Positions 28,158 through 40,424 of a DNA stretch of 64,000 nt are shown piece after piece. The DNA is from Bispira polyomma (taxonomy: Eukaryota): NCBI GenBank assembly GCA_965649765.1, contig OZ287749.1:100502001-100566000 (forward strand), read 5' to 3'. Made by a program: the position numbers and the translations under genes. The notes beneath the pieces are model-generated. The model did no database searches. It was not told the origin of the DNA and was given only the letters and a program-made list of their open reading frames with translations. The stretch's first letter is position 1, and each line of letters begins with the position of its first letter.

Positions 28158-28655
28158 TTATGTATTTTGTAGTTGTAGTTTGAAATTCATAGCCACTTTA
28201 TGGGCGGCATTTGTGGATGTAAGGTATGAATATATGGCATCACTACGCCAATTTCCATGTATACGTATGTCTTGAAAAGCCACATTTGTGTTAAAAGAAT
28301 ATGTGGCGCCACTACGCCTAAAGCTATGAAATGTAAAGTGTGTGGGATCAAATCCTAAACTAGTAATAATTGATGCAAGTACTTGTCTAACTTTTGAAGC
28401 CAACAGGGGAGAGTGGAAAGGAAAAGAAGGCAAGAGGAATACAGGGGCAGAAGGGGGAGCTAGAATAGCTTTAAATATAATTAAACTAAAAAATCATGAC
28501 GTAAGCACATGAGGTGTAATCGTGTATACCCATAAACATAGCCAATACCAAAAATAGCCTAAACTGTGCACTATATGCAGTCCTAGTTTTCTGTTTATAC
28601 GCCAACGGGACCCTCTGCAAAGCAGAGATTGCCAAAGCAGAGCCCAAGGGAGAAT
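28158..28655 (-). pseudogene. Tyrosine recombinase of copy 1, internally deleted
   Basis: N-terminal AYKQKTRTAYSAQFRLF (28655-28495) is joined out of frame to C-terminal HSFRRSGAT...HGNWRSDAIYSY. The central part, including the first catalytic Arg, is missing. Confidence 0.88.
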
Positions 28656-28659
28656 CTGA

Positions 28660-30400
28660 AATTGTATATCAGTATTTGGAATAAAAACCCGTGGGCAAAT
28701 TTCCCACCAATTACAATCATAAAATTTCTCACATAATGTCAATGACACACGACCAGAAAACCAACGTGAAAGGCAATCAGCGTCCTGATTGCTAGCACCA
28801 TAAATATGAGCATAATGAACGTGTATATCAAGGCTAGCTGTAAAAGCCAAATGGAACGAGCATAAGCCATGAGTATAGAATCCCGTGAACGGCCCAAATT
28901 CAATACAGCCACAACGGCCTCATTGTCACAATGAATTCGAATAAGTTTGCCTGTAAACAGCGAGTGCCACGTGTTAAGCATGACCCAAATATTCGCCATT
29001 TCCAAGTGCACTATAGTATATAATTCAAGGCCATTAGTTGGGTATTTAGCTGCATAAACATTAGTACCACACTTGGCCCCAACTCCTGACAAGGAGGTGT
29101 CAACGTATACTTCAAAATCAATATTTTTGTGGTCGTGTATCATGACAGTACCATTAAACAAACACAAAAACTGATTAAACCACGCTAGATCTCGATGGAA
29201 GCCTTCAGAGAGGGGAATTCTATCAGTAGTGGCGGCCCGAAAACACTGCAGCATTCTATTTACAAATAATCGTGCTGGACGCACACAATGATGAACATAC
29301 AATAAACGTCCCAAAAGTGACTGAAAATCCCTTTTTGATGTAAATCGTCTATTTTTTCACCGACTACAATAGGTTTTAATTTCAGTTAATTTCTCAAGAG
29401 GTATTTGAACAGTACCTTTTTCAGCGTCCACGAGTATGCCCATACAGACTTCTTGCCGACTAGGAGGAACTAATTTCTTGCTATTAATGGGCAAACCTAA
29501 ATTATGTATTAACTGGTAAAGGGTATGATAAGCAGAGGTCGCTCGCTCAACACTCTGGATGCCGATGACGTCATCGATGTATCCTAAAATAGTGTAATTT
29601 TGAGAATGCATAGCAAAACGTAAAAAGTCCACTAATCGCTGCATGAATCCTGAGCCGTGCTTGTAGCCAAACGCTACCGCCACGTCCACATAGAACTTAT
29701 CACTCCAAGACAATCCCATGACGTCATAGTCACCAGGGTCTATTCGGAGGTTCCTAAACGCGCGACTTACGTCGATTTTATATAAATAAGCATCTTTGCC
29801 TACTCTAGCAATTTCATCAATAATGTGATCAATAGTGGGATATGTCAAACAAAAATCGTAACCGTCGTACACGTTATCCTGAACACAATTATTTACAGAG
29901 ACATTTGCTGGGTAAGAAAGATTAACAATAATACGACGTGAGTCGTTTGATTTGGGCCTAGACAATAAAGGCAAAAAATGCATACATTGGAATGGCTGTT
30001 TGTCGTAAGGTCCTGCCATAGCTTAAAGACTGGTTTCAGTTGCAAAATAAATGTCGACGTCCCTAGGATATTTGAGAGCTGAGTTGTGATTATCTACCTG
30101 TATATTAAATTGGAATTTTCCTCTATCCACACATAGTGGGAAGCCAAATATCAAATACTCATATAAAATGGGATCAGTATAATCCTTTAGCAAATCAAGC
30201 CGCAAGGGCAGATTCAATTTCGAAGGGACTTTAATACGTGCTGATTTATAATTTGAAACCCCTGTTTTAGCTACGATGGCATGAGCTTTACCCACCCAGT
30301 CATCAAAAGAAGTGAAGGCCACTTGGGAATATGAACCAGACAAACAGTATTCGCTAAGGCATGCTCGAATAAACCCAAAATGTTGGGTGTAGTGAGATTT
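28660..30400 (-). pseudogene. pol (RT + RNase H) pseudogene of copy 1
   Basis: RT motifs KIDVSRAFR and GYIDD; RNase H motifs YVDTS, HLEM, HCDN and NQDADCLSR. In-frame stops at 30023-30025 (TAA) and 29357-29359 (TGA), and a frameshift near 28850. Confidence 0.92.
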
Positions 30401-30763
30401 AACACCAAGGGCGTATATAGGTAGAGTATCGACCTGAGAAGAAGCACGTGTTTCAATACTTAAGGTCTATATTTGGTAACGTGGAACTTACATCTACAGG
30501 GACACTTGATATATCAGTACTGATATTATTATCATTCACTGTCAAACCATCAGCAACCTTTTGCATAGGTACACGAATTTGCTCAGTAATTTTGTCCACA
30601 TTACTATTGCCATTAAAACTACTACTACGAAATTTTGAATTAACAAAAACCCGAGAATGAACATATTTTGGCTGTTTATGTCCATGATTTTTAGTTTTTT
30701 GGAATTTTCCAATAAAAACAGAACCCTTTTTAGTAGTAAATATTCATGTACGCCTATGCAAGT

Positions 30764-31993
30764 TTACTGTTTGGTAACCTTGTTTTTTGGAGGTCTAACT
30801 TCTTTAGTTTTTCTCAAACAAGTACTCTCACTATGACGAAAAAATTTCTTGGTTATACCATGACAATATGCACACCCATGCTTATGGAGTTTTTTTCTTT
30901 CAACATGATCTGTTTTCTGATGGCATTGACCCTTATTATAGTTACGACAAGGTACAGCTGTAAGAGACTGAGCGGCTTTCAATTTTGAAGCAGTGTTTGG
31001 AGGGTAAACTACTCTTTGAGTATACCTACTTCTAATATTTGAAATATCCTGAAAATCAAGCCATGTAATTTTTCCTTTCTCCATTTCTTGAAGTAAAATT
31101 TTGTGGGCTGTTTTAGCAGTAAACCAGCTCGTCTCTTGAGCATCCTGAAGTAACTGATGGCCGTATCTTAACATATTCTGCTGAACTACAGCATTTTGCT
31201 CTTGCAGAACACAACCCATAAAACCCTGACAAAATTGTACTGAGGTAAGCTCATCATATACAGGAGATTCCCTATCAGGTCCTAAACAAAACTCGTGAGG
31301 CCAATTTATACTAACTTTAGCAAAAGTGTCTCCTACTCTATACAACCCAGATTTAATCTTTTTACCTTGCACCCCATCGAGGTGGTCATGTCTGTCTGCT
31401 AAATCTAGTTGTGTCAAATGTCTATTAACTTCAGTCTGGATGGGCTGGTTCTCCCTCAGGAAGCTCATGGTAGGGACGATCCCGCGCTCCAGTTCGTCGA
31501 GTTCAGCATGGTAGTCTCTAGCAGGAGTTGGACGAGCAGCTCTGGCTTCGGTAGTTGCAGTGGACGGCACATACCCAGTCCTCTGGGTAGTGACAGGAAC
31601 AGCCGTGGCAGCTTGGGTGGTAGTTGCAGTCCCAGGTACAGCAGAAGTTCTGGCAGATAGGAAAAGATCCATATCTTTCTCTCTATCTTGTTTCACTTGT
31701 TGGACCTGACCCTTGAGCCTCTGTAAATGAGCCATTATCTGATCCAACTTGTCTACCTGAGCCCTATTATCTGACCCTTGGTCCAACGCCACGGTACTAG
31801 CTTCACCAGAGCTCTCCTCCCACTGTGGCTGGCCTGGAGGTATCTGTGTGTTGGTAAACATTTCAGCCTCAGCCATATCGCCAAAGTTTGTCCTAACAGC
31901 AAACCGACAACCGTCACCAACTGGCTTGTCGTGTTTGACTAAACAGTGGTTACAAAAAGCAGAATTTTTCGCTACCCTACCAGGTGGAATCAT
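30764..31993 (-). CDS. Gag-like ORF1 of YR retrotransposon copy 1 (intact, 409 aa)
   Basis: N-terminal CNHCLVKHDKPVGDGC, a coiled-coil, a central KSG..R.GD...WPHE.C...Y.EL...QF.QGF block shared with copy 2, and C-terminal CRNYNKGQC..H and HGCAYC...H...C zinc knuckles. Confidence 0.88.
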   Translation of the reverse strand: MIPPGRVAKNSAFCNHCLVKHDKPVGDGCRFAVRTNFGDMAEAEMFTNTQIPPGQPQWEESSGEASTVALDQGSDNRAQVDKLDQIMAHLQRLKGQVQQVKQDREKDMDLFLSARTSAVPGTATTTQAATAVPVTTQRTGYVPSTATTEARAARPTPARDYHAELDELERGIVPTMSFLRENQPIQTEVNRHLTQLDLADRHDHLDGVQGKKIKSGLYRVGDTFAKVSINWPHEFCLGPDRESPVYDELTSVQFCQGFMGCVLQEQNAVVQQNMLRYGHQLLQDAQETSWFTAKTAHKILLQEMEKGKITWLDFQDISNIRSRYTQRVVYPPNTASKLKAAQSLTAVPCRNYNKGQCHQKTDHVERKKLHKHGCAYCHGITKKFFRHSESTCLRKTKEVRPPKNKVTKQ

Positions 31994-34900
31994 AACCTAA
32001 CTCGTTCCACCACTCTACTGGTCACAATTCTACCTGTACACCACAAGGCTTTACTGTAATGTCACACACACCACCCTGTACCAGATCACAACGTGTTCAA
32101 TAGGTAACACAAATTGCCACAACGTACACTATCTCAGCATGGGTCACACACGTTCACTATAGCCAACACACGAAACTGCTTCCAGTTTCTACACAAATGT
32201 TTGTCCCAACTAATAACACACGAAACTGCTTCCAGTTTCTAAAACCAATGGTACACACACATGAAACTGCTTCCAGTTTCTTACTACAATGGTTGTCCGT
32301 TCATTTGTCAACTCTCAGCAACTAAGAGGGACTAAAAGACTAAAACCCACTGTAGCGTAACCCAGGATTGCAGTGTTTTTGTCCACTTAACACAAGTTTG
32401 TCCGTCACCAGTTTGTCCGTACCGTGTTAAGTCTGACACAGCACTTCGACCTTGTCCGCCCAGTGCTATGAATGGCAAAGTGATTAAGTTGTGATGCCCC
32501 AAACCAACGAAACTACTGGCAGCACAACATTAATCAAATGCAAAGAGTGCATACAGTGTAGGGGTTTATATAGACACCATGAGAAGAGAGGGGAGTGGAA
32601 AAGTTTGGGGAAAAGTGAAGAGTCACAAGATACATTAATTGAACTGTCTAGAGCTGAATTTCTCCCCAGAGCAAAGAAAAGAGGTTGAACTGTCTGGGAG
32701 TGTGGACTTTGGGCCCCCAAAGTGAGGTGACCAGCAGAGAACCCAGCATGTTGAACTGTCTGAAATGTGTGAACTTTTTACCCCCAAACTTAAGGTGCCT
32801 ATATGGAAACCCAGAGGGGACCTAAGTGTGAACAGAGTGAACATGATTGAACATAAGTGAACAATTTGCATTAGGTTATAACTTGCACAGCTGACTGAAC
32901 CTGCGCGCACAGCGCCCATACCACAGAGCAACCGTTGATCACAAGTGCAGTAAGTATGTGTGTGTGTGTGTGTGTATGCCGTCAAAGAATAATCTCCCAT
33001 CATTATATTAGAAAGATCTGTCCAGGTCTTCACACACACACACACACCCATGACATAACTGCCCCCTCAGAGATAAAGCCTGTCACCACACTGTTCTGTC
33101 ACCTAATCTTCTCAGCAGCAGGTGTCTTTGTCCCCCCCCCCCCATACCATTAATGACGTCACCCCCACACAGGTAGGAGGTGCCTCCCCCCCCCCCTCTC
33201 CACCATCACCCCCCCTCCACCATCAGCACCAATCTCATTTGCATCTATTTATATTAGGCAGCTTACCAAGGTGTAGAGTGAAACCAGAGATGTGCTGCAG
33301 GGAAAGAAAGGTTATAGAGACGTAGTCTTGCTTTTAGGCTCAAGTGTATTAGAGAGTTTCATTTATGAACAAAACTTTCATAGGATATACACATTTCACT
33401 GATGGCTAATTCACACTGCACCATATGTGGAATTATTGACGTATACAGATACATATTTAAGAGGCCGGATTTATACATTGTCAATAAAAACCCGAAATAT
33501 TCTCTGAAATTGGGTCTCTGAATGAACAAAAAATAAAAATAAAAATGTGGGCTGTAAGTAACATAACTATTTAATGTGTAGTATGTGAGAAGAAATTGCC
33601 CAAACCTATTTCATACATTTTATTTTATCAGTGTGTTTTCCCCCTCCTTATGTCATTGTCCATTAGCCTAACTTGACTTCACCCTTTGTCCCTTGACCTC
33701 AGTTTCATCTCAAGGTCAAATTGCTTGAACTCAAATGATTTCACTGAATGTGTTCATTATTATATAAAGCCTTTAGGCCTTGGACCAGGCTAGGTCCTGG
33801 ACTGCGTGGTATTCTCTTTCTGTTCTCATTTATTACAAATAGGCCATCATCATGTCACGAGAATGTGGTGTGGTGAATAGTCTCTCCTCTCTGACTTCTA
33901 TAGGTGACCTTCTGGTGTATGCTCAAAATGTCACCACACACACCAGTACTGTACAAAAAAAGCCTATAAACATATATTCTGAGTTCTTCTTCTTCGTGAA
34001 TCGACTTGTGTATGTGCCCGTCTCTGCCAAAACCTCTAGCCCTCTCTCTATATGAAGTGATAAGAAGATATCACACAAAGTACTACACTGTCTATAGACA
34101 ACTTTCTGTGATATCCTCACATGAAGATGCCTTTGTTATATTGTGTGTTTATGAATGTTCCACAAAGAAGAAAACCACTTCTAGTGAGTGAATGTCAGGA
34201 AAACAATTTAAAGTATAGCCTTATGAGCAAGCTTCTTTTTATGGAGATAATAAAGCATGTTTTTAGTTTGTTCGTGTTGTAGAATGAATATATGAATACC
34301 TTTGTATTTCTCAATATATTTGAAAATAGGAAGCAGCATGCATATAAATACATGTATATATAGTTTCTCTTACAGACATTTATTTACCCATCCTTTGTTG
34401 TTTGTGTGGTGAAAACACACACATTTCCCACACAGAGTTGCCTGCACACACACGAACACCCCATATATACCTATAGTAAAGCCTTTCTATTCATTCAGGT
34501 TTTATGGTTATTATATTATAATAAAGGCAACTATCTAGACATTTTTTAACCGATCCATTGATTGTGTGTATTGTCAGGCTAAGAATTGCTTATTGAGATA
34601 AAACAATTCTCACTGTGAAAGCTATATTTATTTTTTTTGTATTTCAAAGAATTCTTTTACACTAGAATTTGAAAGACACACCCAGTATATGATATACATA
34701 CATTTGTATACACCACATGACATTATCAATCACCAGCATAGTTATGTGTGTGAGTGTGTGTGTGTGAAAATTAATTAATAAAAACCAAAAGTGAGAAATT
34801 TCAACTAGATAAGGACCTTCTTTTCAAAAACCAGCATCAAATTTTGATGAATTGAGTTATTGGAGAGAGATTGCTTAGAGACAGCCATCCATTCTACACA

Positions 34901-35020
34901 GGCTGTTTAGATGGGGTATTTTGCTATTCCAGTCTCACCAGACACCAGTACAGTTTTTTTTTTTGTTATTTAGGCCATTATTCAGTCTGGTTCCCTATAA
35001 TAACATTTGTTCCAGTTGTA

Positions 35021-35151
35021 TATGTCAGGAACTACCAGTTCTGTACAGAGATACCCAGAGTCTGGGTATATTCTTAAACTGAATTTATGTCAGAAACTAC
35101 CAGTTCTGTACAGAGATACCCAGAGTCTGGGTATATTCTTAAACTGAATTT
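35021..35151. repeat. 65-bp tandem duplication
   Basis: Two near-identical copies at 35021 and 35086. Confidence 0.92.
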
Positions 35152-36127
35152 ACAAGTCCATTGGGAAGTCCTTAATTATTTACTAAAGAAATAACTTATA
35201 CATACATGTATATACCATGCAGTTCAATGGAACCCTACAGATACTGAATTGTAGGCGTGTATATATGAAAAAATCAGATTTCTAGGTGCATGTACCTTTG
35301 TGTGGATCCAGATAAAACAAGATCTCACTTTCAAGCTTTAAGTTCATTTCTAGAATTAGGATCTAGGTTCCATATTCCTCCATACATCTCAAGTTCAACT
35401 CCGACTCATGTTTATCAAATCTTTTAAGGTACACCTATCTTTAACTTCAATTACAAATGTCTACAATGTTACTACATATTTGAATTCAGTATTGGGAGCT
35501 CTAAAAAAGGAATGGTTACAAGTATAGGTTAAGTACAGTCAATGACAGATCAGGCTTTTATTTGAGTTGAGTGTGAGTTGGGCTTAAGTTTCTTTGTGGA
35601 GAATAAATATGGGAGCCCAGGATTACAGATGGATAGGAAGCTTCCCTTCACTGGATCAGAATCTGGATTGTAATGCCTGTATAGAATTAGTATTATAGAT
35701 TCCAGGGTCAAGACTTTTTTCCCTGAAATATTTTTCCTCCCAAACAGAGTAACATATATTCTTTCAGACTGAAATGTTGGCAGCTCACTAGTGCAAAATA
35801 GATCTCCTTTCTGAGAATGAATCATGGAATAATGAATTTAAGTCTAATGTACAATTTAACCCATTTAAGTGGAACCCTCAGGGGAGCTACTCCCCTCTTT
35901 ATTTCAGCAGCATTTCCACTTAACAGGGTAGATTTTAAAAGACATGGCTTCTAATTTCTCTCCACATAAAAGAGAAATGGCCATTGTTTTACTTAAAGGG
36001 CTTTGGCTGTATACTGTAATATGGGGGGGGGGGGGGGGTGTGCTTTCAAATCCAAGGCAGAGAATACTTAAAGCGGCAGTACTTCATATTGAACATAAGC
36101 TGGGCATTGATTTTGAGTGAAACTGGC

Positions 36128-36853
36128 CTAGGGTCAAATTCACAAAATATGTTAGTCTTAATTTAGTCATAAACTTGAGATTTTCGCTCAAAATGTTAAG
36201 ATTTCGGTCTTAGCCTCCTAGTGTCAGTAAAAATATGTTTGTGTGGTTTTGTTAACTTTACACTAAGATTATCAGTAGGCAGTCAGAAATGTTTTACACA
36301 TAAATGATAAGTTTAAGACCAAGCCTATGCTTACTGTCAGTTGATTTTTGCCTGCTGATGTTGGCCGAATTTATAGGTCACTATTTGATTTATGAAGTGC
36401 TTTCTTTCATCAGATTTTTATCAGATCCGATCGGATGTAGGCAGATGTCTGTTGTACCTTCAGATGTTATCGGTCTGGGAGCGAAAAAAATTGGGAGGTC
36501 AGTCCGACTTTTCAACAAAAATGAAATAATTCAGTCTTCATATTATTAAACAATATGAGGTATTGTTGAGGGAGTCGTTTCAGATTTCTTAGTTTGTTCT
36601 TCACCTACACAGCTAATTTTCGTGGTTGTGATTTTCCAGAAAGTAAAGAGGGGTACCCATATATAAACATTAATATTTGAGCCAGATTTTGATGCAACCC
36701 ACATCCGACGAATATTTAGTACATATCGGATGAAAAAAAGCGCTACATCGACGGACATCGGATCGGCTCAAATGTTAATAAATCGGCCGACATCGGCTGA
36801 AAGTAAACGTAGGCTTAGTTAAGACTTAAGACCTTTTGTGAATACGGTCCCAG
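36128..36853. mobile_element. MITE (Harbinger-like) hosting a nested MITE
   Basis: Left ctagggtcaaattcacaaaa vs reverse complement of right ctgggaccgtattcacaaaa, with ttaagac/gtcttaa subrepeats. Confidence 0.65.
36322..36815. mobile_element. Nested Harbinger-like MITE
   Basis: TIRs agcctatgcttactgtcagttgat / reverse complement agcctacgtttactttcagccgat. TCGG/CCGA-rich interior. Confidence 0.75.
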
Positions 36854-37582
36854 GTGTGCCCAGATACCTTTATTTCAGCAGGAAATTGATTTGTGGCAGA
36901 AATCATCCATGCTGCTGTGTAATGGGTTCCTGTGTATTTTTTTTACTGCTGAGATAAAAACAATACTATCTGGTCTTGTTTTGGATTCTTCTGCCATCCA
37001 TAAGATGTTGTAAGGTGGTACAGCCAATTAAATTTATTTATTTCCTCTTTTATTTATAACATGTCATATGACAAAATAGATGTACATGTTTTATCATAAA
37101 AAGAAAGTATTTTCCTCACAAATAATGGGTTTAATGAGTTCCTCTTTTCTCTTGTGTTTATAATTAATTGCAGTAAATTGGAAAATTTCTTCTCTAAGAC
37201 AAAAGAAATTTATCCGGTAAAGAATTCCCAGTGTTAAACAATGCACTAATGTTGTGTATAAAAAGAAACATCTGCCTGTAAAACCTGAGCAAACCATTGA
37301 TCTGAAGTGCCAAATATTTCTGTCAATGTAGTTATTGTACTTAGGTCCATTCTAAAAAATTGATTCACAGAAAAAAAAATCTATATGTTAGTCACCTTAA
37401 AAAAAAGACAAAAATGAAAGGTTTAATTCTGGACTTCATTAAATATGAGTCTTAAGTAAGTAAATGCCACACTTGACATATTTGTTTAGTTTTGGGCATT
37501 TCTCCCTCAATTCTGTGTTATTGCAAGTTCACCCCACAAAATTGAAAGAAATTGGAAAAACATATCTTAAAGAATGGACTAA

Positions 37583-38137
37583 AGCCGCTGTCACACTATC
37601 AAGACCTATCGGGAAGAGATCCTGATAATGCGGTCGGGAGCCATCATTAGCATTTTGCCCTGATTTTGACAAAAACAGGAAGGAAATTTTACGCTCTACG
37701 ACTATAATTGTAATGGTTCCTGATTGTTACGATAGGTTGGGAGTAGCTTACGATTGACGCCTATCTTTACAGTCATGGCTTCCTAACGACTTATCGGCCG
37801 CTTCTCTAGAGTTTTCATTACAATCGGGAACTTGGTGACGACTTATCTTTACAGTCAGGGGTTCTTTGCAATTTATCGGGGGGAATTGGACGATTAATCC
37901 AACTCGTTAGCAGCTTACCATGGACCCCGACCTATCGGCCACATATCATCCAATCGCAGAGGTTTTCTAACATGTTAGTTATCTTGCACGAGTGACTGCG
38001 AGTGTCCTAAGTGGCCCTGATAAGTCGGGACAACTCCCGAAGTGTCCCGATTGTTCTCCCGATTGTTCTCCCGATTGGCTCCCGATTGTCCAATCGGGAC
38101 GGTCGGGAGCTAAGATCGTGTATGTGTGACAGCCACT
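37583..38137. mobile_element. PIF/Harbinger-like MITE
   Basis: TIRs agccgctgtcacac / gtgtgacagccact with TAA on both flanks. Internal cccgatt subrepeats. Confidence 0.82.
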
Positions 38138-38216
38138 TAAGAGAATAAAAATTAATATCAGTTTTAATTAAGATTTACTGGTTTCTTCTTAAACTTTTAA
38201 TATTTTTGCTGTTTAA

Positions 38217-39006
38217 AGGGTCTTGCTAACCGGGTCCGGTGCGGTACAGTCCGAACATTTACGTCCGATACGATCCGACCATTTTGGATGGTGCCTTTAC
38301 ACTGGATCCGGTACTGGGTCTGATTATGTGATATATTAAAATATAATAATAAATTAATTCAAATTATAACTTTTAATTTGCTTACCTGAAATAATATTTC
38401 CCAGTATTGATTATTAATTACATGGAATTAACTATGCACAACAAAACCCCCATCTGTCATGCTTATAATATGCTCAAACAATCCACGTAATTTTAAGTGT
38501 CTACATTCAAAATTTAAACAAAACAATTTAATATAACTAATAAATATGTTAGCAATTTCAGTTTATTAATCCTTGTTAAGTATATAATTCCAACATAATT
38601 TATCACTGTCATCCTAATTTCACTTTATATCATTATGCTCTTAGGGTAACTACAAAAATCAAATTGAATGTTTCTAGACGGGTTAATTAGAATCAGGCCA
38701 CTATTTTACTGCTAATTGGTTTTTTTTAAATTTTTTGTGAGAGCTTGAATATTCTTGATTGGATATTACACTAATTGCTAAGTTTGTGTCATGGGCCTGA
38801 ATATTCTCAAGTGGATATTGTACTAATGGATTATAATAGGTTGATGAACTATATCACTTCTTGATCTGTGTATTTCCCTTACACTCCCACCCATTTTTGG
38901 ATCGGATCGGACCGCAACGGATCGGGTATGTATAGACAATATACATTATATTGTTCCTAAAATTTCCGTCGGATCGGACCGCACCGTAGCCGGTTGGCAA
39001 TGCCCT
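38217..39006. mobile_element. PIF/Harbinger-like MITE
   Basis: TIRs agggtcttgctaaccgggtccggtgcggt / reverse complement agggcattgccaaccggctacggtgcggt, with TAA on both flanks. Confidence 0.82.
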
Positions 39007-39091
39007 TAAGACTCTCAAATTTACATGTTCAGTCACTTTTCATATGCAATTGTTTCAATATTCCAAGTGAAAATTTCTCCCTTGTACAGAA

Positions 39092-39180
39092 CAGTAGAAC
39101 CTCGATTATCTGAGCTTCTATTTGTCCAAAAATGCCTCTTCTATTCAATAAACCTTTTTTCATCCAGACTGAAATCCACC
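39092..39180. mobile_element. Fragment of pogo/Tigger-like MITE
   Basis: cagtagaacctcgattatctga...tttgtcc matches the TIR of the element at 51220. Confidence 0.55.
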
Positions 39181-39567
39181 TTGTGATTGTGTTTGTATAA
39201 TAGAGATTCTACTGTTTGTGTGACATTTCTAGAGTTAGGGCCCACTGTACTATATATGGGGGGAAGCTTATACCCCACTGACATCAACATACACTACATA
39301 TACAGCACTGATGTGACTCATTGGTGGATAAAAACAGAATTTTTCCCTCATAACAGAGTCACACTGGCTGGGGAAAATATGGACAAACAGACTGACAGGA
39401 AAGTATACAATTTGAATTCTCTTCCTTCTTATAAATGCAAACTATATCTACAATTCATCTTGGACCATCCTTTTTAGAACTATCCTTTTAGTATAAGGTT
39501 CAGCCACTCAAATTGCTCCAAATCATTGGAACAAACCAGGGAAATGTGTCAATAGAAAAATGAAAGA

Positions 39568-39692
39568 CTAAGTGTATGTACACATGTAAGCGGCCTCAGA
39601 TATCAGACGTCTTATTTGCGAAATGTGATTTCTCGCAGTCGCAAATCGGACGTCTGACGTCAGAAGTCGAATACATGTGTACATACACTTAG
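39568..39692. repeat. 125-bp palindrome with perfect 21-bp outer arms
   Basis: ctaagtgtatgtacacatgta...tacatgtgtacatacacttag, plus inner arms tcagacgtc..atttgcga / tcgcaaat..gacgtctga. Confidence 0.9.
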
Positions 39693-40424
39693 GGACTCTT
39701 GTGAAATACCAGATCAGTAAGTACTTGTCTGATGTATAAATGTCACCAATGTTGTTGTTTTGTGTTTTCTTTTAATTAAAAAGGATTGGTTTTTTGACAA
39801 TATACTTATTTCTTTGCACCCCCCTCCCCCCCCTCCCCCCCTTCTTTTTTACACTTCCTTAAAAACACAACAAAATTTCAGTTATACTGCCACTAGTTGC
39901 AGATTTGATGAGTTTTTAGTATTTTAAATACATTCTATTCATACCTGAAGACTGTAACAGAGTGTTCTGGTGCCAGGGTGCAAAACACACTATGGTAGTA
40001 TTTAGTCCCAGTGTTGCACTTGTTTTGTACAACCAACCTGTTTTATGGTGGTCCTTCTATCATCAGTCTATGTCTTAAGAGATTGATTCTAAAGAAAATA
40101 GTTTGATGTGAATGGGAGGTTATTTTTAGGCTAGCGGAGGTTTGGAAATATCATAAGACACATTGATTTGTTAACCACCAGAACTTCCTTTGTGCAGAAG
40201 ACATTAGTTGAGCTCACTTGACATCTTTTTAAGAGATGAATTTCAAATGCACTCGATTGTCGATTTTATCCTGCCAATATTGATTAAAATTGAAAAAAAA
40301 AAAATTAAAAAAAAAGTTTGAAATAAAAAAAAAAAAAAAAAAAAATCTGATTTGTGCGATTTTTTGTTCTATTTTAAAAAGTCAATTTAAATTTCAATAA
40401 TCGAGTACAAATGTCCAATTTGAG

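Larger units (their letters stand above)
28060..32580 (-). mobile_element. Tyrosine-recombinase retrotransposon (DIRS order, Ngaro-like), decayed copy 1
   Basis: Gene order gag - RT - RNase H - YR on one strand, with no methyltransferase after RNase H. Outer boundaries are approximate and terminal split repeats were not found. Confidence 0.92.
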
